DNA from: Bacillota bacterium
GTDB lineage: Bacteria; Bacillota; Clostridia; Christensenellales; DTU072
Length of the DNA: 64,000 bases
Assembly: GCA_009781445.1 (NCBI GenBank)
Contig: WQYD01000002.1
Span: 17,792 to 81,791 of the forward strand
Direction of reading: 5' to 3'
Shown here piece after piece: positions 57,114-64,000 of this stretch. A program made the position numbers and the translations under genes. Position 1 is the first letter of the stretch. Each line of letters starts with the position of its first letter. The notes under the pieces were generated by a model. The model ran no database searches. It worked only from the letters and a program-made list of their open reading frames with translations, and was not told the DNA's origin.

Positions 57114-58001
57114 TTATGTTTGGGGTAGGGCAAGCATACCACTGCTTGCAATAGCTTGATAAATAAAGTTAATTTCAGAAATTTGCTTCATTATATAGGT
57201 GTTCTCAAGCCCTGTGGCAATAACATCTACGCCGAAGAGGTTCGTAAGCACTAAGAGTACGGTGTTAATAATCAGCACCACAAGGAAACCGATTACCGCG
57301 CCTACCACAACGCCGAGTGCCTTATTTAAGAAGTGCGCAACATAAAGGTGGCTGATTGCTTTCTTTAAAAGTTTGTAAAGCGAGAACCAAAGTATCTGGA
57401 AGATAATTGAAAGGATTATAAAGAAAACCGCGCAGAAAATGTAATAAGTTATTGTATCCGAAAGAACATCAATAACGAAGAGGGATTTTTCCGCACCAGA
57501 GGACGCGCTTTCATTTGCTTCCGCCTCTGCCTTTAACGCTAGTTCCGCACGCGGTGCAACAATATTGTTCAGCACAACTTCGTAAATATTCTTATTTATC
57601 ATGCTTGCGTCTTTCGCGTGCTTTTCAACCAAGGTGCTGAAAGGACGGCGTTCGCCGTTATCGTCCCACACAAGCCCTATAACTTTTTCGCCCAAAGAGT
57701 TTTCCGATTCGTTAACCACATAGTAAAGCGAAATCTGCCCGCTGTTTTCAAGTTCAATCGCACCGCTTAAAGGATTGGCGAGTGCAAGGCTGATTTTATC
57801 GTCTATATTAGTTTTGGGGGTAACAAAATTAGTTAAAGGCCCAACGCAGAATGTGGCAATAACAATAATGATAATTGTGGCAACTAAACCGCGAAGTTGG
57901 TTAACAAAGCCCTTCTTAACGCCCACGAGCAACGCGCTTAATATTACTAACCCCGCAATAAGATCAATAACTATTCCAACCACCAAATTTGTGTCCATCA
58001 A
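57114..58001 (-). CDS. CvpA-family membrane protein
   Basis: N-terminal VVGIVIDLIAGLVILSALLVGVKKGFVNQL and multiple TM helices match the CvpA pattern. The start is either TTG at 58001 (9 nt after GAGGA) or ATG at 57998. Confidence 0.65.
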   Translation of the reverse strand: MMDTNLVVGIVIDLIAGLVILSALLVGVKKGFVNQLRGLVATIIIIVIATFCVGPLTNFVTPKTNIDDKISLALANPLSGAIELENSGQISLYYVVNESENSLGEKVIGLVWDDNGERRPFSTLVEKHAKDASMINKNIYEVVLNNIVAPRAELALKAEAEANESASSGAEKSLFVIDVLSDTITYYIFCAVFFIILSIIFQILWFSLYKLLKKAISHLYVAHFLNKALGVVVGAVIGFLVVLIINTVLLVLTNLFGVDVIATGLENTYIMKQISEINFIYQAIASSGMLALPQT

Positions 58002-58159
58002 GACTGAGTATCCTCACATTTGTGCATCGGCAAATTTCGCCGTACAAGAATTATAACATATAGTTAATATAATATGCAATACTTAAAGTTAAAGAATATA
58101 TAACTGTATATAAGGGAAAAGTTGGTGTATACAGGGTAAAAATTGGCAATAATCAGGCA

Positions 58160-58618
58160 ATGGAAAATTTGCCCGTTATCATTTGCATAGGTTCGTCTGC
58201 CGTATCGGGGGATAGCTTAGGCCCTCTTGTGGGGGATTTGCTAAGAGAAAAGCATAATGTTAAAGCATTCGTGTACGGTTGCACAGGACGCCCCGTAAAC
58301 GGCATAAATTATGCAAAATATGCGGAATATATCAAAAAAACACACCCAAACAGCCTTATTGTGGCAGTGGACGCCTGCGTGGGTGACGCCGAAGATATCG
58401 GAAAAATCAAAATATCCAAAAGCGGAATATCCGCAGGCGGTGCGCTTAATAAGAAACTTGGCAAGATAGGCGATGTGGGAATTCTTGGAATTGTAGCCCA
58501 AAAAAGCGGTGATAATTTATCCGCGCTTATGGAAGTTCCCTTCATGCGGGTGGATTACATGAGTTCGCTTATCGCAAGGCGCATTGCGTGCGCTGTAGGC
58601 GCGGTAGAATTGCGATAA
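58160..58618 (+). CDS. yyaC: Putative sporulation protein YyaC (DUF1256 protease-like)
   Basis: 152-aa ORF. VIICIGSSAVSGDSLGPLVGDLL matches the YyaC family N-terminal motif. AATAAT lies 6 nt upstream of the ATG and there is no Shine-Dalgarno. Confidence 0.7.
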   Translation: MENLPVIICIGSSAVSGDSLGPLVGDLLREKHNVKAFVYGCTGRPVNGINYAKYAEYIKKTHPNSLIVAVDACVGDAEDIGKIKISKSGISAGGALNKKLGKIGDVGILGIVAQKSGDNLSALMEVPFMRVDYMSSLIARRIACAVGAVELR

Positions 58619-58709
58619 GGAAAACCGCTATTCACTTGCAACCGTGTTTGCACTGTGGTAAAATTATTAAAACAATATTTTGCGGTTAATCCGCGTTACG
58701 AGGAAGCTA

Positions 58710-60791
58710 ATGAACAATAATAAAAGAGCAGTTTTTGTTGTGGCACTGATAGTGGTAGCTGTTATACTGCTTGTGATAATAATCCCGTCCACAAGGGCTA
58801 AAGTTGATGTTATTTCTTACAGCGAAGTAATTGAAAAACTTGATCCTGCTTACACCCCCACCGCCGAAGATAAAAACGGCGATATTATTAACGATAGGAT
58901 TATAGGAATATACTTCACTTCAAGCTACGAAATCAATGTGCTTTATGCAAAAGACATAGCAAATCTTGACGAATTTAAAAAAGGCAATAAGCCCTCTGCC
59001 AAAAGCATGGTTACCTATAGGGATAACCTTATGCGCACGGTGGAAAATCTTTACGAGGGTGATTTAGAAAATCTTCCCTTTATCCGCTTGAATGATCCCA
59101 ATGCTAACAGCTTTTTAAGCTATCTTTTCCCTGTGTTAACGCTTGTGATTTTGCTTGTGTTGGGTGTGGTGATATTCATGTCTATCCGTGGCGGAAAGGG
59201 CGGAAACACCGCAATGTCTTTCGGAAAATCTAAAGCAAGAGTGGCTTCACAAATCAAGATAAGGTTTAACGATGTGGCAGGCGCGGAAGAAGAAAAGGAA
59301 GAACTTAAAGAAATCGTGGAATTTCTAAAAACCCCAAAAAAGTTCCGACAAGTGGGCGCACGGATACCCAAAGGCGTACTTTTGGTGGGAAGCCCCGGCA
59401 CAGGCAAGACGCTTTTTGCCAAAGCAGTGGCAGGTGAAGCCAATGTTCCTTTCTTCTCAATAAGCGGTTCAGACTTCGTGGAAATGTTCGTGGGTGTTGG
59501 CGCATCAAGGGTGCGCGATTTGTTCGCCCAAGCAAAAAGAAACCAACCTTGCATAGTGTTTATAGACGAAATTGACGCAGTGGGCAGAAAGCGCGGTGCA
59601 GGGCTTGGCGGTGGCAATGACGAACGCGAACAAACGCTTAATCAGCTACTTGTGCAAATGGACGGATTTGACGAAAATGAAAGCATAGTTATCATGGCGG
59701 CAACCAACCGCGCCGATGTTTTAGATCCCGCACTTCTTCGCCCCGGCAGGTTTGACAGGCAGATTTATGTGAATATGCCCGATGTGGCAGGCAGAGAAGG
59801 AATCTTCCGCGTTCACAGCAAAAATAAGCCTTTGTCGGCGGATATTGATTTTAAAAACCTTGCAAGAATCACCACTGGTTTCAGCGGTGCGGATATAGAA
59901 AACCTTTTAAACGAAGCTGCGATTCTTGCCGCGAGGGACGATAGGCAAATTATCCTAATGAAGGATATAACCGAAGGTATCAATAAGGTTATCGCAGGAC
60001 CTCAAAAGCGTTCGCGCGTTATAACGGAAAGGGACAGACGGCTAACAGCCTATCATGAAGCTGGGCATGCAATTGTGGCAAGATGCTTAAAATATTGTGA
60101 CGATGTGCAGGAAGTTTCCATAATTCCGCGCGGAATGGCAGGCGGTTACACCCTTTCACGCCCCAAAACAGACGATAATTATATGACTAAAAACCGCTTA
60201 AATGACGAAATTGCCATGATGCTTGGCGGTAGGGCGGCGGAAGAGATTATTATTCAGGATATATCCACAGGCGCGTCCTCAGATTTAAAGCGTTCCACAG
60301 GAATCGCAAGGCAAATGGTTGTGGAATGGGGTATGAGTGATGAGCTTCCCAATATCTTCTTCGGCGGTGAGCAGGAAGTATTTATAGGAAGAGATTATCA
60401 AACCCAAGCACTTTACAGCGAAAGCGTGGCTTCTGTAATTGATAGGGAAATGCGCAAGATAATTGATTTAAATTACGGCAGAGCCATTAGAATCCTTAAA
60501 GAAAAGGTGGAAATCATGCACAGCCTTGTAAAGCTGTTATTTGCCCACGAAACCATTTACGGTGACGAACTTGATCTAATCTTAGAAGGAAAATCCGTTA
60601 GCGAAGTTACCGAATATATAGGCGAAAAGAAGCGCGAACAAGAGCGCATAGCCGAAGAAAGGCGCAAAGCAATAGAGCTTGCAGAACAAGCCTTGCGTGA
60701 AGCCAAAGCACAAGCGGAACTTCAAGCCACGCTTAAGAATATGCAGGTAGCAGTGAAGCAGGAAAGCCAAGACGAAGAAACTAAAAACTAA
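58710..60791 (+). CDS. ftsH: ATP-dependent zinc metalloprotease FtsH
   Basis: Walker A GSPGTGKT, Walker [12 protein letters not shown] region, and HEAGHA zinc motif. The start is set at the ATG at 58710 after GAGGAAG. Confidence 0.95.
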   Translation: MNNNKRAVFVVALIVVAVILLVIIIPSTRAKVDVISYSEVIEKLDPAYTPTAEDKNGDIINDRIIGIYFTSSYEINVLYAKDIANLDEFKKGNKPSAKSMVTYRDNLMRTVENLYEGDLENLPFIRLNDPNANSFLSYLFPVLTLVILLVLGVVIFMSIRGGKGGNTAMSFGKSKARVASQIKIRFNDVAGAEEEKEELKEIVEFLKTPKKFRQVGARIPKGVLLVGSPGTGKTLFAKAVAGEANVPFFSISGSDFVEMFVGVGASRVRDLFAQAKRNQPCIVFIDEIDAVGRKRGAGLGGGNDEREQTLNQLLVQMDGFDENESIVIMAATNRADVLDPALLRPGRFDRQIYVNMPDVAGREGIFRVHSKNKPLSADIDFKNLARITTGFSGADIENLLNEAAILAARDDRQIILMKDITEGINKVIAGPQKRSRVITERDRRLTAYHEAGHAIVARCLKYCDDVQEVSIIPRGMAGGYTLSRPKTDDNYMTKNRLNDEIAMMLGGRAAEEIIIQDISTGASSDLKRSTGIARQMVVEWGMSDELPNIFFGGEQEVFIGRDYQTQALYSESVASVIDREMRKIIDLNYGRAIRILKEKVEIMHSLVKLLFAHETIYGDELDLILEGKSVSEVTEYIGEKKREQERIAEERRKAIELAEQALREAKAQAELQATLKNMQVAVKQESQDEETKN

Positions 60792-61050
60792 TCAGCGCAC
60801 AGCGCACAACGCACAATGAAGGAATTATTTTTCAGCGCACAACGCACAGCGCACAGCGCACAATGAAGGATCAATTAACTAATAATGAGATTTAGAATCC
60901 ACCCCTGTATCCTGCACCCTGCAACCTGCATCCTCAATAATGATATTTAGAATCCACCATTGTGCGCTGTGCGCTGTGCGTTGTGCGCTGACATATAATG
61001 AGATTTAGAATCCATAATTTGTATTTCATATTTCATATTTTATATTTTCT
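60792..61050. repeat. Largest modular heptamer-array repeat cluster (2 reverse arrays plus 3 anchor-and-array modules)
   Basis: Reverse GTGCGCT-type arrays are at 60792-60826 and 60832-60870. Anchors are at 60881-60900 (CTGCAAC type), 60936-60955 (GTGCGCT type) and 60994-61013 (CATATTT type). Confidence 0.9.
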
Positions 61051-61117
61051 CTTAACTTTCAGTAATAATCCGTCCACTTACGAAATAAGATATAATAAAC
61101 ATTCCGGAGGTTAATTT

Positions 61118-61603
61118 ATGAAGGCTAATAAAAAGAAAATTATAGTGCTTGTGTCTATGGTGTTGCTACTTGTGGGAACGGGCGTATTAAATTATTTTCT
61201 TAACACTAATGTCCCTGTAAACAGCGGACAGGGCAGCGGTAGCAGCGTAACAGTTCCAACATTTTTTGAAATGTTCAGAAGCGAAAGGGTGGTAACGCGT
61301 CAAGCGGAAATTGATGCGCTTAACGAAATTATAGACGCCACCAACTCAACCGAAGCTATGATAGACGAAGCGCGCGAAATCAAAATGGCACTTGCACGAT
61401 CCATTGATACCGAATTCGCTATTGAAACGCTTATCAAGGCAAAAGGTATGCCAGACGCGGTTGTTACCATAACTAAAAACAATGTGTATGTTGTGGTTCA
61501 AAAAGCAGAACTTTCGCTTGAAGAATCCATTCAAATCCTTAACATTATCACCACAGAAACGGATTACACAGCAGAAGACATTGTGGTTTACCCTTATGTT
61601 TAA
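61118..61603 (+). CDS. SpoIIIAH-like sporulation protein
   Basis: N-terminal TM, then FFEMFRSER ... ETLIKAKGMPDAVVTITKNNVYVVV ... DIVVYPY, which aligns by eye with the C-terminal YscJ/FliF-like domain of B. subtilis SpoIIIAH. Shine-Dalgarno GGAGG. Confidence 0.6.
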   Translation: MKANKKKIIVLVSMVLLLVGTGVLNYFLNTNVPVNSGQGSGSSVTVPTFFEMFRSERVVTRQAEIDALNEIIDATNSTEAMIDEAREIKMALARSIDTEFAIETLIKAKGMPDAVVTITKNNVYVVVQKAELSLEESIQILNIITTETDYTAEDIVVYPYV

Positions 61604-61623
61604 TGCTTGAAGCTAAAGCTATG

Positions 61624-61668
61624 AAAATTCCGCCCTGCAAAAATGATTGCAGGGCGGAATTTTTTAAT
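61624..61668 (+). terminator. Rho-independent terminator
   Basis: AAAATTCCGCCCTGCA-aaaatgat-TGCAGGGCGGAATTTT followed by TTTAATT. Confidence 0.8.
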
Positions 61669-61692
61669 TCAGAATTCAGAATTATGAATTAA
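61665..61692. repeat. Short heptamer-array module (AATTCAG x2 ending TTATGAATT)
   Basis: Same array family as at 14356 and 2641, in reverse orientation and without a full anchor. Confidence 0.6.
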
Positions 61693-61705
61693 TTCTAAAT
61701 TCATT

Positions 61706-61733
61706 TTGAAATTAACTTCCGATAGTTTATAAT
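61706..61733 (+). promoter_or_regulatory. Candidate hisS promoter TTGAAA-16 nt-TATAAT, 8 nt upstream of the ATG
   Basis: TTGAAA is at 61706-61711 and TATAAT at 61728-61733. No Shine-Dalgarno precedes the ATG at 61742. Confidence 0.45.
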
Positions 61734-61741
61734 GGATAATA

Positions 61742-63004
61742 ATGAATATCCCCAAAGGCACTAAAGATGTACTGCCACAAGATAGCCATAAGTGGCAATT
61801 AATTGAAAACACCGCACGATTTGTGGCGGGGGTTTTTGGTTTTAAGGAAATTAGGACGCCCACTTTTGAACACACTGAGGTGTTTTTGCGCGGTGTGGGT
61901 GAAACCACGGATATCGTGAATAAGGAAATGTATACCTTTCTTGATAAGGGGGATAGAAGTATCACCCTAAAGCCTGAAGGCACGGCAGGTTCGGCGAGAA
62001 GCTATATTGAGAATAATTTGGGCGAGGTTTTGCCTAAGCCGTTAAAAATGTTTTACATTACGCCTGTGTTCAGATACGAACGCCCCCAAGCAGGACGGTT
62101 GAGAGAACACCACCAATTCGGCGCGGAAAGCTACGGAAGCGGAAGTGCTTATGCAGACGCCGAAGCCATTTTGCTTGCAAAATATTTTCTTGAAAGCCTT
62201 GGGATTACCGCCCTTGAATTAAATATTAACAGCATTGGTTGCAAATCCTGCCGTGCTGAATATAACGGTGCGCTTAAGAAATATCTTGAAAGCCGTCTTG
62301 CCGATATGTGCGCGCAGTGCCGTGAAAGGTTTGAAAAAAATCCTTTAAGAATCCTTGATTGCAAAAATGATTCTTGCAAAAAAATTACAGCTTCAGCACC
62401 CCAAACGCTGAATTTTCTTTGCGCGGATTGCGGTGAACACCACAAAAAACTTAAAACCGCGCTTACCGCTTGCGGTGTTAAATTTTTAGAAAACCCCAGT
62501 ATCGTGAGGGGGCTTGATTATTACACACGCACGGTGTTTGAATTTATTTCAACTTCAATCGGCGCGCAAGGCACGGTGTGCGGTGGCGGAAGATATAACC
62601 ACCTAATTGAATCCTTGGGCGGAAAAGAAACCCCTGCGGTGGGGTTCGGAATGGGAATTGAACGCTTGATTATGGTGCTTGAAAGCCTAAATATTCCTAT
62701 CGGTGAGGAACTTAAGCCCGATTTATATATCGCGCCTCTTGGCGGTGAAAAGGAATATCTTAAAGCGTTTACCCTTGTGAAAGAATTGCGCGATAAGGGG
62801 ATTTCCGCCGAAACGGACATTGCGGAAAGAGGGCTAAAAGCCCAAATGAAATTTGCGGATAAGATAGGGGCGCGCTTTGTGATTGTGCTTGGCGAATCCG
62901 AAACTTTAAGCGGAAAAGCAAAAATTAAGGATATGCAAAGCGGAAACGAAACGGAAGTTTCCCTAAAAGATATAAGCGGAATATTAACCGTAGTAAACAG
63001 CTAA
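61742..63004 (+). CDS. hisS: Histidine--tRNA ligase HisS
   Basis: PKGTKDVLP N-terminus, class II aaRS motifs (YITPVFRYERPQAGRLREHHQFG; GGGRYN), 420 aa. Confidence 0.95.
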   Translation: MNIPKGTKDVLPQDSHKWQLIENTARFVAGVFGFKEIRTPTFEHTEVFLRGVGETTDIVNKEMYTFLDKGDRSITLKPEGTAGSARSYIENNLGEVLPKPLKMFYITPVFRYERPQAGRLREHHQFGAESYGSGSAYADAEAILLAKYFLESLGITALELNINSIGCKSCRAEYNGALKKYLESRLADMCAQCRERFEKNPLRILDCKNDSCKKITASAPQTLNFLCADCGEHHKKLKTALTACGVKFLENPSIVRGLDYYTRTVFEFISTSIGAQGTVCGGGRYNHLIESLGGKETPAVGFGMGIERLIMVLESLNIPIGEELKPDLYIAPLGGEKEYLKAFTLVKELRDKGISAETDIAERGLKAQMKFADKIGARFVIVLGESETLSGKAKIKDMQSGNETEVSLKDISGILTVVNS

Positions 63005-63063
63005 TAATTTGGCAATAATTAAGAAAACAATAAATAAATACCGTAAACTTTAAGGAGTTAAAA

Positions 63064-63387
63064 ATGAATAACGATATTAAAATTTTAACAGACGCGAACT
63101 TTAAATCAGTTACTGGCGAAGATAAAGTTTCGCTTGTGGATTTTTGGGCGCCTTGGTGCGGGCCTTGCAGAATGCTTACGCCCACGATAGATCAACTTGC
63201 TGTGGAATTCGGCGATAAGGCAAATATCTGCAAAGCCGATGTAGACATTGCGGAAGAAACCGCCAAAGAATTCGGAATCATGACAGTGCCTACTTTGATG
63301 ATTTTTAAAAGCGGTAAACTTTTGGAAACAATGGTGGGGCTTAGGCAAAAGGCACAAATCGCCGAAGCAATTAGCAAGCATATTTAA
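63064..63387 (+). CDS. trxA: Thioredoxin
   Basis: 107-aa ORF with the WAPWCGPC active site and an AAGGAG Shine-Dalgarno. Confidence 0.9.
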   Translation: MNNDIKILTDANFKSVTGEDKVSLVDFWAPWCGPCRMLTPTIDQLAVEFGDKANICKADVDIAEETAKEFGIMTVPTLMIFKSGKLLETMVGLRQKAQIAEAISKHI

Positions 63388-63425
63388 AAAATAAAGGCAA
63401 AAAATAATAAACTACGGAGAAAATC

Positions 63426-64000
63426 ATGCTAAACATAGGTTTAATTAAGGAATTTGACCAAGAAGTTCACGCTTCAATGGTAAAAGAGCTTGAAAGGCAA
63501 GAAAACAATATTGAGCTTATCGCAAGTGAAAACTTTGTTTCGCCTGCGGTTATGGCGGCGGCTGGTTCGCATTTAACCAATAAGTACGCAGAGGGCTACC
63601 CCTCAAAGAGGTATTACGGCGGTTGCAAATTTGTGGACGAAGCCGAACAGCTTGCCATTGAAAGGGCAAAAGAACTCTTTGGCGCGGAATATGCCAATGT
63701 GCAACCGCATTCAGGAAGTTCGGCAAACTTTGAGGTTTATTACGCGCTTATGAATCCGGGGGACACTGCCATGGGCATGAACCTTTCGCACGGCGGACAC
63801 CTCACGCACGGAAGCAAAGTCAGCGTAAGCGGAAAGTATTTTAATTTTGTGCCTTACGGTGTGGACGAAACTGGCTACATTGACTATAACGAAGTTTTGA
63901 GAATTGCCAAAGAATGCAACCCGAAAATCATTGTGGCAGGTGCGTCTGCTTATCCCCGTGCCATTGATTTTAAAAGATTAAGAGAAATTGCAGACGAGGT
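63426..64000 (+). CDS. glyA: Serine hydroxymethyltransferase GlyA (3' end beyond the window)
   Basis: The ATG at 63426 follows GGAGAA. The translation [14 protein letters not shown] ... [39 protein letters not shown] is canonical SHMT. There is no stop before the window edge, so it is absent from the ORF track. Confidence 0.9.
   Translation, partial: MLNIGLIKEFDQEVHASMVKELERQENNIELIASENFVSPAVMAAAGSHLTNKYAEGYPSKRYYGGCKFVDEAEQLAIERAKELFGAEYANVQPHSGSSANFEVYYALMNPGDTAMGMNLSHGGHLTHGSKVSVSGKYFNFVPYGVDETGYIDYNEVLRIAKECNPKIIVAGASAYPRAIDFKRLREIADE

Noticed and set aside
60881-61050. CRISPR-like layout: three 20-nt direct repeats (60881, 60936, 60994) spaced 55-58 nt apart. A similar trio lies at 54705-54862.
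   Set aside because: The repeat is only 20 nt. The supposed spacers are low-complexity heptamer arrays that recur at many other loci. There are at most three units, and no cas genes or leader are in the window. These belong to the intergenic repeat family, not to a CRISPR array.
61604-61741. Looked for a T-box leader upstream of hisS, which is common for aaRS genes in Firmicutes.
   Set aside because: Only 138 nt are available, and they are filled by the upstream gene's terminator, a heptamer module and a promoter that abuts the ATG. No specifier loop or T-box consensus is visible.
1-64000. Looked for transposase, integrase, recombinase or phage genes that could explain the repeats or the accessory surface-protein block, and for tRNA or rRNA genes.
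   Set aside because: No ORF in the track shows DDE, serine/tyrosine-recombinase or phage hallmarks, and no tRNA-like or rRNA-like sequence was noticed. The repeat modules therefore cannot be tied to an autonomous element within this window.

Overview
This 64-kb window looks like it comes from an endospore-forming Firmicute, because it carries SpoIIE, a SpoIIIAH-like protein, YyaC and Clostridia-style surface-protein domains. No rRNA, tRNA, CRISPR, transposase or integrase was recognised. Housekeeping genes are truA, galE, ftsH, hisS, trxA and glyA. An eight-gene minus-strand hexuronate/KDG operon runs eda-kdgK-uxaC-uxuA-SDR-Gfo-Gfo-TIM barrel. About 40 kb (roughly 63 percent of the window) encodes six predicted exported proteins: a 2,433-aa MBG/YDG-repeat protein, a 701-aa BspA-type LRR lipoprotein, and a 30.8-kb four-ORF operon. 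That operon contains a 1,834-aa lipoprotein ORF, an overlapping 6,732-aa ORF with no signal peptide, a 1,509-aa M6-like metalloprotease ending in a dockerin, and a 175-aa lipoprotein with a cohesin-like domain. The two largest ORFs share 14 tandem copies of a module of about 300 aa that I cannot name, and the module period runs straight across the ORF boundary. They therefore look like one coding unit of about 8,560 aa broken by a -1 frame change. The second main signal is non-coding. Almost every long intergenic region carries a modular repeat family, with a conserved 20-nt anchor (AATAATGAKATTTAGAATCC, 14 copies) followed by interchangeable arrays of 3-5 imperfect tandem heptamers. These often sit as perfectly complementary inverted pairs of up to 34 bp. 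Other observations are a toxin-first RelE/HigB-type TA pair with an operator palindrome, five to six genes with a -10 box 6-8 nt upstream of the start and no Shine-Dalgarno (candidate leaderless mRNAs), and a degenerate inverted repeat around a bidirectional terminator. All protein-family calls come from motif recognition by eye; no database search was possible.
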